In this document: piece after piece, positions 14,634 to 27,296 of the stretch
Numbering within the stretch: the first letter of the stretch is position 1
Layout: every line of letters starts with the position of its first letter
Translations under genes and position numbers: made by a program
Assembly (NCBI RefSeq): GCF_018350175.1
Contig: NC_058368.1
Location: 141,238,001-141,302,000, forward strand
Length of the DNA: 64,000 nt
Origin: Felis catus
Lineage: Eukaryota
Direction: 5' to 3'
Notes under the pieces: model-generated
What the model saw: only the letters and a program-made list of their open reading frames with translations
What the model was told of the DNA's origin: nothing
The model's database searches: none

Positions 14634-16705
14634 TGAGAGTGAACTCTTGAACTCTTTTAATTGAAGGGCTCATGTGGGCATTGGGTTTGCATATTGAAAT
14701 ACCAATGTAAGCACTAGACCCACTCATACGGTGGGGTTGGGCTATACATAGCATATACTGTGGACAGACCCATGTGGCTGGCAACAGCCTCCAGACGTGG
14801 CTTTCCCTTTCCCTCTCTTCTCTCGCTTATGGGCTTTACAAAGCATCTCCCCAGCTGCCCACCTCCGCCTTGTCATCTATGGTTCCATTATCCTCACTAC
14901 CCTCTGAAGGAGCTGTGTTTAGGCTTTCCCCTGTCATAATAGCAACAACAAAACAACAAGGCTCGCTGGCTTCAGCCCTGCGCTGGGGGCCACCTTTCTC
15001 CCCTTGAGGCACCAGCTCTGTAGTGGTTCTCTTCAGGCTGACTCGCGGCTTGTTCCACAAGGTGAAGAGAGTCCTGGAGGTCATGGTTACATAGATAAAG
15101 GTGTGTTTGGCCAGAATCAGGTGATAAGATTCCATTTAATGTCAGATTATCAGAGAAGGTCAATACATAATTTCTTTTCCTTCTCTCAGTTAAATTTTGT
15201 GAGAGGGTTTACAAAGCCAAACAGGATCCCTGAACAAGTACGCCACTGAGGAGCCTCTAGTAAACCACCTTGAAGGTCAACACTAGCTTCATAGCATGGT
15301 TTACAAGGGACCCATGCTGTCACGTGATGTTTTGGAAAAAGAAGAGGTAGCAGTTGTCATGCCAGTAACCAGAAGTGGTGAGTCCTGCCTGTGACTCGTA
15401 AGACTACCTGAGTACCTTCCAAATTGTTGGGTGGTTAGAAAACAAAACATTCTGTAAAGTCAGCTAAATGTCTTAGGTTGTTTCCTCTCCAATTGTACTT
15501 GTTTGATAAGTTTTGAAATTGTTACCCCTCATTTCAGAGACCATCATCTCGTATTTTCTGACATTTGGCTTCCCTCTGGGGCGTTGGCAGGCCTGACAAG
15601 GGTTTTGAGCACAGAGAGAGGCCTCCCCTGCCACCCCCTGCCCCTTGAGCTGGTGGCCTTGGCATGGCCATTTCCACTAACAGTCTGTGCTCAGAGGCCA
15701 TGATGGCTGTCACGTTGCTACCATCTTCTCAGAAAAGTTAAGCTAAGATTCACTCTGTGTGTGTGACCAGAATTCTTAGGTGGCCAAGGCAGAGGAGACA
15801 CTTTTGCTTGGTAATTTCTGTCAGAATGAATTTTTCTTATCTCTCTGATTTTACAGATAAGTGGGAAGTTCTTTTGTCTAGACGCAGTGTTATTTTTCCC
15901 TCACTTGTAGACAGTGCATTATCAAAGGAAATTCTTATTAAAAGTAGGGAAATTTTATCTCTTCCTGTTTACTGAGGCTTATTACAGAATAACCAGTATT
16001 TTCTATACTCTCTTCAGTCCTCCAGAGAAAACTGAATCAAAGAGAGCGAAACAGGAGACTCATTCCTGTTCCTATAAAATCTCACATGGCCCTCTAGAAT
16101 TCCTGGCTCCCCTCTCGGTACCAAATCTACCTTGAGCTGATTTTTGTGCAGGGAGCTGTATAGCCTTTTCTGGTCTCCCTTGTGGTAATGAGCAAGACCG
16201 TAGGCCGTTTTGGGATTCTGTCCGTAACCTTGAAATAAGAGGATTTTTCTCTGCCTGAAAAATGCCATCATTGTGATGACCATGCTGTGAAAGAATATGG
16301 AACATTAATATAAAAACAGCAGCCATGTAATTTGGTCATTGTCCAAATGAGTCTTTTGCTTTTTATATAAGCTGTAAAATTATTCATGTCAGCGGAACTA
16401 AAACCAACTTCTCGAGGAGCATTTCATCCTATCGCTGGAGATATCTGGGAGACAAGCTTCAGGAGTCAGTTGCAAAATGAAATATCCATTAGGAAAGTGT
16501 TTCTGAGCCAACTGTGATTAAAAGGGAAGCCCAGTTTCTGGAGGCATGTGTGGGCTGTGTATGAAAAATGTGTTTTCCGTAGACTAGGTTGTGTTTGAAA
16601 TTTAAATGTGCCCTAGAATGGACCCTGGGGTTTTGCTTTAAGAAATTCTGTTGATGTTTTCATTTGCTGATTTGTTGAATCATCTCCTATCTGACTCACT
16701 AATAA

Positions 16706-16903
<198 letters not shown>

Positions 16904-17749
16904 TAGGCTCCTTTGACAGACAAATAGTAGATAAAAAAAATTCCCTGCAGGCTTATGTTGCTTTGTTAGTAATGTACAGCAGTTAGGATTTAGCCTGTGG
17001 CTGTGCGACTAAAGACTAATGTATTTCATGAGAGCATAAAATTCTTCTTCTAAATAAAAAAAGTCCCCCTTTTCTATCATAATTTCTTGAATGAAAAGCA
17101 TGTATGTATTTGAGCATTTCATTCTCACCAATTCATATCAAAAACAATCATTCCAAGTTAGTAAAAACTAGTACTATTAGTACTGTTTATTTTTACCATT
17201 ACACCATGCAGAACAATACGTTAGAATCTTGTCTTCTGGAATAACAGAATTTTAATAAGTTGCTATATTTAAGAACTCATAAAGGTAGTTTTGTCATAGA
17301 GAACAATGCTGATATTGGTAAATTTTCTTTCTTATACTTTTATTATTGGGTTATGCGTATTTTCATTCATCCTTTAAGGTTTATTGGTTAAAAAGCCCTG
17401 AACATACGTAATTACTAGTGATCTATTTTTGAAAACACAAAATGTGGCCTTTGACATGGATGGAGATTTTAAAAGAAGGGATAATGTCTTGAAAGGATAT
17501 GAAGGTCTTTGGGGCATGACCCATTTTAGAGGAGCATGTTGGAGACTTGGAAAGTTTGGGATCAGATAGTGGAGGCTGGCCAGACAAGGAGAGAAACTTT
17601 GGGGTGATAGGACTTGCTGATGCCCAGGCTCCTCCCCCATGAATAGGCAGCTCCTGGAGGGGAGTCCAACCTGGGTGCCATGAGCCTGTGGTGGGCTTTC
17701 AGCTGGTATCTCAGTCCATTGAAGGTATTCATGTCTTCATGCCTGATTT

Positions 17750-19365
17750 TTTTTTTAATAATGATTGGATACATGTATATATTGCAAAACGATCACCACA
17801 AGTCAACATGCATCACCACACATAATTCCAAAACATTTTTTGTGATGAAGTCTTCGTTTGAGACCTATTCTCTTAGCAGCTTTCAAATTTACATTACAGT
17901 ATTGTTAACAGTGGTCACCATGCTGTACATTATATCCCCATAACTTAATAAGTGGAAGTTTGTACCTTTGACCCCTTAACCCATTTCTCCATCCCCGCAC
18001 CCTGCCGCTGGCAGCCAACCTGTTCTCTGTATCTATACATTCAGTTTTTTGTTTTCCATTCTGCATGTAAGTGATATAGTATTTGTCTTTCTCTGTCTGA
18101 CTTAATTCACTTAAGATATCTAGGAGATAATCTAGGTCCATCCATATTACTGCAAATAGCAAGATTTCCTTCTTTTCTGATGGGTGAATAATCGTGTGTG
18201 TGTGTGTGTGTGGTGTGTGTGTGTGTGCGCGCGCGCGTGTGTGTGTGTGTATTAGAGACAGAGAGAGAGAGAGACCCCATTTTCTTTCTCCATTCATCCA
18301 TCAGTGGATGCTTAGGTTGTTTCTGTGTCTTGACTAATGGAAACCATGCTGCGGTGAACCTGGCGGTGCATATATCTCTTTGAGTTAGTGTTTTTGTTTC
18401 CTTTGGATAAATGTCCGGGGGTAAATTGCCAGACCATATCGTAGTAACATTTTTCATTTTTTGAGGAACCTCCAAAGTGTTTTTACATAGCACCTGTGCC
18501 CTTTTCTTCACATCTTCACCAACACTTGACATTTCATATCTTTTTGATACTAGCCGCTTCAAAAGATGTGAATTGATATCTCAATGTGGTTTTGATTTGC
18601 ATTTTCCTGATGATTAGTGATGTTGAGCGCTTTTGCATGTACCTGTTGGCCATTTTTATGTCTTCTTTGAAAAAGTGTCTGTCCAGATCTTCTGCCAGTG
18701 TTTAAATCAAAAAATTTTTTTTGGCTTTTGATTTGTAGGAGTTCTTTATATATTATATATATATTATATATATAGATAAGGGTACTAATCCCTTATCTAT
18801 GATTTGCAAGTATTTTTCTCCCAGTTGGCAGGTTGCCTTTTTATTTTGTTGATGGTTTCCTTTGTTATGCAGAAGGTTTTTAGTGTGATGATGGTAGTGT
18901 CAGTTATTTATTTTTTCTTTTGTTGCATTTGTTTTTGCTGTTGTATCCAAAAAAATCATAACCAAGACCAGTGTCAAGGAGCTTAGTCCCTATGTTTTCT
19001 TCTAAGGGATTTATGGTTTCAGATATTGTGTTCAAATATTTCTTCCATTTTGAGTTGATTTTTCTGTGTGGTCTAAGATAGTGGTCCAGTGTTATTCTTT
19101 GGTATGTGGCTGTCCAGTTTTCCTAGTACCATTTATTGAACAGACTGTCTTTTCCCCGTTGTATATTGTTGACTTGTGATAAATTAGTTGACCATATATA
19201 TGTGAGTTTATTTCTGGGCTCTCTCTTCTGTCCCACTAATGTATGTTTCTTTTTTTTATGCCAACACCGTACTCTTTTGATCACTACAGCTTTGTAATGT
19301 AGTTTGAAATCAGGGAGCATGGTGCCTCCAGCTTTGTTCTTTCTCAAGAGTGATTTGGCTATTCT
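17750..19365 (-). mobile_element. 5'-truncated LINE-1 (3'UTR plus ORF2 C-terminus)
   Basis: T-run at 17747-17757, L1 3'UTR, and ORF2 remnants such as KNKAGGTMLPDFKLHYKAVVIK. Confidence 0.9.
18194..18251. repeat. (TG)n(CG)n(TG)n compound repeat
   Basis: Direct reading. Confidence 0.97.
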
Positions 19366-20233
19366 AGCAAAATATTCTGGACTAGTGAAGGGAATCGTAC
19401 ATTTTCATAGTATTTAATTCATCATAAAATGCCTCCTTCAGCATGGAGAATTTCACCTAGAATCAGGAAGTTTTCATTTACTACTAAGACATCTGGGAAA
19501 GGAAGGGAATTGACTTTCATAGAAAAGTAGATTCTGTCAATAGCAAAGTTTACACATTCCAAGAGAAAGAAAGAGATCTGGGTGAGAGGTGACAGGCGGG
19601 GAGACATCCTGGTGGCTCTTGAAAGACGAACCACTGAACCCACGCAGTGCAAGCCAACCTGTCATGGGCTGTGAAGCTGCTATGCACGGTGTAGGCCCAC
19701 CTGTGCTAATTCGTGTTCATGCCAGAGACGAGCCAAGTACATTTTGTGGCCAGTATCAAGCACAGCCTTCCCCCACCAGCCGATGCTTGATCTTCCTCCT
19801 TTCTTTCTCAGTCGGACCCCCAGCCTCCTTGTCACCGGTCTTCCCACAACCACGTGTGCCCACATTCTACCCATCTGTCACCCCCCACCGTCATCATGGC
19901 TGTTTGTGTGCCTTAATGCCCTCTCCTCTCCAGTGCGGTCACCAGGCTGTGCTTGTCCTTGGGGGCCCATGCTGCCTGATGCACAGTGGGCCCTTTGGCC
20001 GATGGTTAGCTTGAATGGAATTGAATGTCTAGGTCCTGGCTTCCTGCCACCTACAAATCCTTCCTGCTTCCCAGGGAGAGCAGGCAAGCCCTTAGTACAG
20101 GACTTAGGGGTGCAGAATACAGAAAAGAGGGCCACCTCTTTTCTGATGCTGTAAATAGAAACATCTTTATTGCCGTGAATTAGCTGCTGTTCTGAGAAGA
20201 GTGGAAACGCAGAGCTCAGATACCCTGAGCCAT

Positions 20234-20458
20234 TGACGTCACCTAATGGTGCTGCACAGGCCTGGAGAGACACTTAGATTTTCCAATAACAAAGAATTTT
20301 TATGTCTCTGGCTGGCCACAGTGTTTTTCCTCCTCATCGGAGGAGGCTGGAGTGAATGGTGATGAGTCTGTGACGGGAAGGGCTCCCCAGAGGTGGGAGC
20401 AGCCTGTCTGAAGGCGGTTCTGGCTGTGCTGATTTCTGGGATGTTAGCCTTGACGTCA
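20234..20458. promoter_or_regulatory. Candidate intronic enhancer with two full CRE palindromes (TGACGTCA at 20234-20241 and 20451-20458)
   Basis: Motifs are directly visible. Function is inferred only. Confidence 0.35.
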
Positions 20459-20845
20459 AGATCCGCCCATGGGTTTGCATTTTAACAAGGAATGAAATTG
20501 TAAGCCAGGATGCTATCTCCTGGTAGTGCTTGTCGTCAGCAAAAATCCCTTTTCCTGTGTGAGCCCTGTAGCTTCTTGCCAAGGGGCTGGAAGTGGTCAG
20601 TGAGGTTTGTCTGCTGTAAATACCGTCTCCCCTTCCACCACACACACTTGCTCCCCAAATATGTACTAAACACCTGTACTGGTGCCAGGGACAGTCTCTG
20701 CCCCAGAAGCTGTGGGGGTTACAGACCGATAAACAGGATGCATTTCTAGAGTGCCGTGCAGGGGAGGTGTGAACTGAGAGCAGGAGAAACAGAGAACGCA
20801 GGACCAAAGGAGACTGGCTAGAGTGTTTTTAGGTGTCGTCTAGGA

Positions 20846-21050
20846 CAAGGGGCAACAAACCACACCCCACAGGCCACATGTGGTCTGTCGTACACGTAAA
20901 GTCATGTGGGAATACAGCCGCATTCTGTGTTACGTAGTGGCTGCGTTCGCGCTACAGCAGCTGAGAAGTTACAACAGACACCTAGTGGCCTACAGAGCCT
21001 AAAATATTTACTCTCTGGCTCTTCACAGAGAAAGTTTGCTGACCACATTT
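20846..21050 (+). mobile_element. MER58A-like hAT-Charlie MITE
   Basis: gcctaaaatatttactctctggctcttcacagagaaagtttgctgacc terminal motif. Confidence 0.8.
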
Positions 21051-21683
21051 CCAGAAGGTAATTTTCTTTTTCGAACTACCCACCTTCCTAGGCCAGGTGC
21101 ACTCTTCCTGGGATCCCAGAAATGGCCTCCTCCTGTCAACCCTGCACCCTGGGGCAGAGCCCGTCTCAACCTCTGTGTAGCAGTAAGACGTGAGGACCTG
21201 TTTCCTTAATGCTTTTGCCTTTTCACGAGGTCTAAATCCAAACCTAAATGCATGACTCAAAGTGGAATTTCGGGGACCTGCCACCATGCTCCAGGTGTCA
21301 AGCTCATGCTGGGAAAGGAGACTTCTAGGATCCCAGCTTCACACCAGCTTTTCCTAAGCTGGCATCATCAAAGCAGAGGGGCCTCACCACAGGCATCCCT
21401 ATAGTGCCCACCCTTAGTGCGTCCCCCATTCTTGCTTTTTCCTCCAAGCCTTGGCCATGAGAATATGGAGAGCCCAGTGCTCCCAGAAGCCAACATGCCG
21501 CAGGCATGGAGCCCTGGCAGAGAGTATGGGAAGCCAGGGGGCAAGAGGGTGGTGGTGCCGCTGGCGGTCTTGTGTCCTTGGGCTCGGATCATCTGGTCCC
21601 TCTTCTCGTGGATGGATGACTCACGGGTCATGGAGAATCCCAGGAGAGGTGCAGAGGTTGCCTGTCCATTAAGAGGAAGGTCG

Positions 21684-21685
<2 letters not shown>

Positions 21686-21738
<53 letters not shown>
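21686..21738. repeat. (TG)n microsatellite
   Basis: Direct reading. Confidence 0.99.
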
Positions 21739-21740
<2 letters not shown>

Positions 21741-22716
21741 GTTAGGGAGCACAGACACCCAATGAACAGCTCCAGAAAATATTCCCCGTTCCACTAGGTT
21801 GTAGCAGGGGAAGGTCCTGATCAGGCTCTGAGGTGGCATGCTGATCTCTGGCTCATCAAGGTTCTGAGACAAAGGCTGAAGGAGAACAGAATGAGAGCAG
21901 TCTAACCTGCATTTTGCACAGGACTTTCCAGACCTGGCGGTAGTGAGGGAGGGGAGGGAGGGAATACTGGAATTCTAGTGACCACCTCCACATCCTCGTT
22001 TTAGGGAAGAAAAGTTGTTTCAACAGTGAAAAAGAAGGGAAGGACATAATCTCTGAATGAAGAATAGCTATTTAACTTGAATAAGTTTTGCTTAGTACAA
22101 ACACTTGTTTCTTCCACTGCAGACTGATATGAGCATTGTAACATCCCAACATCACTCTGGGGACAGACGTTTGGGGTCACTGCTTTAAAAGCACTTTTAT
22201 CTGTGTAACTTGTTTGAGAATAATAGGGGCAGAAAGGAGGGCTGAATTGTCCAAGTTTGCAGTGATGGATTCTTGCTTTGAGATGAACTTTTTGGGGTTC
22301 ATTCCTATTTTGTTGTATAGTAATGCTCTTTAATCTTGAAATTGAAAAATTAGGAAAAAAAATAGAACTTCACTACAATTATAATGCGTATGACTAAACC
22401 TGTCAAAAGTGCTTAAGACAAGATACAGAGGGTATAGAGTGGCAGGGAGTAAGAAGGGTGAAAGAACAGGTCTTCCCTTTTGGGAAGGCTTTGTGTGGGG
22501 ACGGGGGGACTAGGCCCTGAAGGCAAAAACAGTGGAAAATTTTAAGGAATCAGATTAAGCTCAACATAAGAAAGAATTAACAGAATGGGCCAAGCTCCTA
22601 GGTAGTTTGTGGCTAGTGAGTTCATCACTAAGGGAGGTAATCAAATAGTATATTGAGCACTCAGTAGGAAAAGCTGTCTGGGGAGGTCGCTCACTGGCCA
22701 GAGGTTAGGCTAGGTC

Positions 22717-22885
22717 AGTGGTTTCTCCCAGTGTAGTCCCCTGGAGCTGCAGCAGCCCAGGAATTTGTTATAATTGCAAAGTCAGACCAACAGAATCGAA
22801 ACTCCAAGGGTGGGCCTAGGCAATCTGTTTTAACAAGGCTTCCAGATGATTCTGATGGGACTCTGAGGTTGAAGAGCTATTGGAC
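22717..22885. mobile_element. MER5A-like hAT MITE
   Basis: cagtggtttctc...gcaatctgttttaacaagg..ccagatgattctgat...gaagagctattg. Confidence 0.75.
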
Positions 22886-23044
22886 AGGATGAATGGCTGT
22901 CAGGCTCTGATACTATAAAGTTGGATCACTGGTTCATCAGTAGGGTCTGTTCTGGGTTAAATCTAGTCGGAAAAGATTTTTTTCGCTTGTGGCGGCCATC
23001 CAGCCCTCCTCTCCTGAATATGGGGACCTTGCCTTGCAGGGGAC

Positions 23045-23330
23045 CCCTAGAGCTGCATGTCCAGTCTTGAAATGTGGCTAGAGATGCGCTCCAAGTGTAA
23101 GCCACGTGCTAAATTTCAGAGACAGTATGAAAAAGAATGTAAATGATCTCATTAAAAGTATCATAGTCTTATACTGATGACATGTGGAAATGATACTTGC
23201 ACATATCGTACCTAAAATATCATTAAAATTAGTTTTGCCTGTTTGTACTTTTTCATGTGACTGCCAGAAAATTTAAAATGACACATGTAGTTCGCGTTTG
23301 TGGCTCACACTGTATTTCTGTCAGGCAGCT
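23045..23330. mobile_element. MER3/MER33-like hAT MITE
   Basis: cttgaaatgtggctag...gaaaaagaatgtaaa...aaatttaaaatgacacatgt. Confidence 0.65.
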
Positions 23331-26209
23331 GGTTTCGCCATTCCCTCCCCTGTCAAATCTTACCCTGAATCCCCCTTCCCATTCACAGGTGACAGGGGCT
23401 GACAAGCTGAGCACACCGTCTGGTTTCAGCCAGTGAACCGGCAGCAGATGGCCTCCCAAGAGATGAGGCTAAGACCCATTCTCCAGGCCCCTGGCAATGC
23501 TCCCCCTGTTATGGGAAGATGATCTGCTGGGCACTTAAGCAGGCCTTTAGGGAACACTTTTGTTTGGGGGAATTGTGGGGGCACCTTTCATTAGTTCTTA
23601 AGCTGCAGCAAAAAGCTCTTATTCTTAGAGCTCCCCAGTAGACAGCAGGAACCCCAGGTGCGTTGTCCTGTGACAGCCTTCCGCCCCCTGCCACAAGGCC
23701 CATCCCCATTCCGCAGCCCCAGACTGGCTTTCTCTTAGGTCTGTCCTTGCCCTTCTCTGCTCTTAGGCCTCTACTCTCCCCACATTTGCCAACTTCTGTT
23801 CCCTCCGGTCCTTTCCTTCCTGGCAGGGGGCTGGGCTAATAATCAGCCTTTTCATGATTTTTGGACTTCTCCTCTAGGGCGTGGCAGAATAGGCTCCTCA
23901 ATACTAAAACAGTCCTGTAGCCCAGGCACTCCCTGTAAAACAGAGAAATGTCTGGTGCAGGCAACAAGCACAGACAGAATTACAGTCTGCTTTCTGCTCG
24001 TTGCTAGTGATAAATATGTTTGAATTTGTACTAAATGCCCAGGATTTGAGGTCTGTCTCATGTTTTTAATGGCATGGACTGTTTGCAGCTTCCTTGTTCT
24101 TTAGAACTCTACCCAGCTTCTCCTCCCTCTAAGAAAACTTCCAGAACCTGCCAGCCTGCAGCCTCCCCTGCACCTGCCATGAGGAGATGGTTTTGCTTCT
24201 CTTCTGCATTGCCCATTGGACTCTTAATCTTATCCTGCTTTGGATCAGTTCTCACCTGGGGGCAGGGACCCCACTGTGTGTGCCCAGGAGACATAGGGAA
24301 GTTATTATGAAAACTAGTTATTATGAAAACCCTAACACAGTAACGTTTGAAAGGCATAGGAGATTAAAGATGAAGCTTTTATCTAGTCCCAGATTAGTAT
24401 TATGTGTTGAGTATTGGTCTGTATGTAGCTAACATGTCACACATGCTCTAATGTATTTTCCATGTTCTCCCAAGACAGTTGGAGAAAAAGGGAACTGCGA
24501 TGGAAAACATGACCTCATTCATCCCGGGAAGTGGCCACTCACATTTAGAAATGGTTTTTATGTAATCAGTATATTAGCATGATGTTGAATTTATACACAT
24601 GTACTTGACTCACAGTAGGTGCTCCAAATAATTGTTAATGTATTTGATAAAGCCACTAAGTAAACACCATTTTTCCATTTAGCTTTAGTACATTTTTACA
24701 TGAAGCTATTTTTTAAAAAGTCCCCCGATGTTGCAAAACCACATTTTTCCCCCTGAGAACTACATTTGAACTGCCGAACCCTCAGCACTCATAAGTGGAG
24801 TACCTGCTAAGTGTCGGAGGGTGCAGACGAGTGGGAGGTCATGGCAGGGAGAGGGAGCACGAGGGGGGCAGGGACCCTGAGAATGGAGAGATAGGATTAC
24901 ATGTGTGGGAAAGTCTTGAGTTAGAGGAGAGGAGAGACACAGCTTCATGGCGGGCATTGGTTCTGGCTGCCGTAGCCCATCATGACAGGCTTCAGAAAGT
25001 ACCCCTGGGGTCTGAAGCTGAGAGGGCATCACCGTGCTCACCAGGCCCAGGGTGAATCAGGCACTTTCTGGCCAACGCGGACCCACACTGAGCCTGGTGG
25101 GGGAGCAAGAAGACACAAGTGCCTTCACCCTGTTGGAGCAACTTGGCCCTGTGTGTTCAGCAGGACCACAGGCCTGGGGCTGTCCACCCTGCGCAGTGAT
25201 GCGCTGGGCTCCTTTGCACTGTGTGATCCTTATCGCGTCCTCTCTGCCATGGGAGTAGGTGTTTAGCCCACGTTGGGGACAGCTAGGAGTGGAGGATAGG
25301 AAAAACAGAGGGAAGGGACTTAAAATTCTGAGGTGCTGATCAAGTTGGCCTCCTGTGAAGCTGTCCATGTCCTCTCAGTAGTGAAGCCCAACCCAGCTCC
25401 AGTGGGGAGCCCTTAGCTTGAAGAAAACCACTTTGATTTGAGAAAAGTAAGATAGGTTTGGTAATAAGCAGTAAAGAGGCAAAGACACATTGAAGACAAC
25501 TAGGATTTAATGAGGAGATGCTACGTTTGATTTGGGGTGAAGGGATTTTTTTTTTCCTCCAAAATTTAACTGAAATTCTAAAGGTTGCATTTTTATATAA
25601 TCTGTCATTCAGACTATCGCAAGATTCTGCTCACTGTGCAGACTTAGACTAATTGAGCCGAAGAGATTTTCACATTATCTTAGACCTGATTGTTGAAAGG
25701 ATTGCTCATTTAGCATTTGTGGATATTAGCCCTATCTGGAATTTGTTTTGTTTTCCAAACTAACAGTTGGTGGCTGACTTCTCAGGAGGAATTCGTTTAC
25801 TTCACATTGAGAACTTTTCAGTTTGGGGCATGCTTGGCCTTAGCTGAGCATTCATTCATCCAGTCAGTGAGCGTCAGTTGCCCCTGAGTCCTTTCGCCCA
25901 GTAGAAGTCACAAGGACAGATCAGACTGAGGTAATAGGTTTCTCCTCACATCCACTCCTGCCGAAATCCTTGGCTGGCTAAAGGGAACCCCCACCATCCA
26001 CTCAGTCATCCTCACCCTAAACCTGGGAACCGCCTTTGGCACGCTTGGTTTCTTGTGTCCCTCACATCCTAGAAGACATTTAGTCTGAAGATTGTGTCTT
26101 CCTAACAGTTCTAGACTCTGTGCCTTTCTCTCCATCCCACTCCATTTTTATCCCACTGTGACTTCTGGTTGTCCTGCTATGGCTGCCCATCTGCTCTCTG
26201 CCTCTATGA

Positions 26210-26825
26210 AGAGATAGACTGGCAACGGCTCAAACAGGCCCAGGAGAGGAGATGTTTTAATTTTCTGGAACTATGTGAGTCAGTTGTTAAACCACCCATT
26301 GTTAAAAATACAAGTTATTGGGGCGCCTGGGTGGCGCAGTCGGTTAAGCGTCCGACTTCAGCCAGGTCACGATCTCGCGGTCCGTGAGTTCGAGCCCCGC
26401 GTCGGGCTCTGGGCTGATGGCTCGGAGCCTGGAGCCTGTTTCCGATTCCGTGTCTCCCTCTCTCTCTGCCCCTCCCCCGTTCATGCTCTGTCTCTCTCTG
26501 TCCCAAAAATAAAATAAACGTTGAAAAAAAAATCTTTAAAAAATAAAAATAAAAATAAAAAAAAAATACAAGTTATGGAAACATGCAATTCAGTTTTTGA
26601 AAACTTAATAGTAAGCACTCAAAATCCATCATTTCTTCAGTGTTTTACTCCATTATACTATTACCTGAGCTCTTGAGGTCATTTATGTTTGTCTTAGCTG
26701 TGTGGTGGAAACACCATATGAAGCTCAGCTGCCACATCCAGTGACGTCATGTTGGTAGCTTCAAACAGCCATGCTGGGAGTGTGTTTAGACCAGGGAAAT
26801 CAGCAAACACTACAAATCAGGACTT
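26210..26825 (+). mobile_element. MER63-like hAT-Blackjack DNA transposon, left part
   Basis: gagtcagttgttaaac subterminal motif and gtgacgtcatgttggtagcttcaaa...ctacaaatcagg match the recalled MER63 consensus. Confidence 0.75.
26319..26565 (+). mobile_element. Very young felid Can-SINE (SINEC_Fc-like)
   Basis: CpGs intact, long A-tail, perfect TSD aaaaatacaagttat. Confidence 0.95.
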
Positions 26826-27074
26826 TTTAAAAAATTTTAGACAAAACCTATTTAGCTTATTAAGTGCTCTTTTTAATACCTTTATAGTGAAGACAGACAA
26901 TGAATGGACAACTCCCTCCCTCTCCAAGCAGTGTTCATACTTATGTGTATGTTCACTATTTAGGTCTTGAAATTCATCCTGTAACAACATAAACCCATGG
27001 TAAATTCTGAACAGAGAAACACACTGTAGAGAAATGCAGTTGGGTAAGATATGTTTGGATGAACACCAAAATGT

Positions 27075-27296
27075 TTTATTTTCTATTTTTAAATTTTTCT
27101 AGTGTTCATTTATTTATTGAGAGAGAGAGAGACCCTGAGTAGGGGAGGGGCAGAGGCGTAGGGGGACAGAGGATCTGAAGCGGGTTCTGCGCTGACAGGA
27201 GCAAGCCCGATATGGGGCCCAAACTCACAAACTGTGAGATTATGACCTGAGCTGAAGTGGGATGCTCCATCAACTGGCTCACCCAGCTGCCCCAAG
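27075..27296 (-). mobile_element. Can-SINE
   Basis: Head/(GA)n/T-tail structure. Confidence 0.9.

Noticed and set aside
26169..26517. Recurrent 'GQRETEHERGRGRERGRH' ORFs (also 32530, 58573)
   Set aside because: Translations of Can-SINE sequence.
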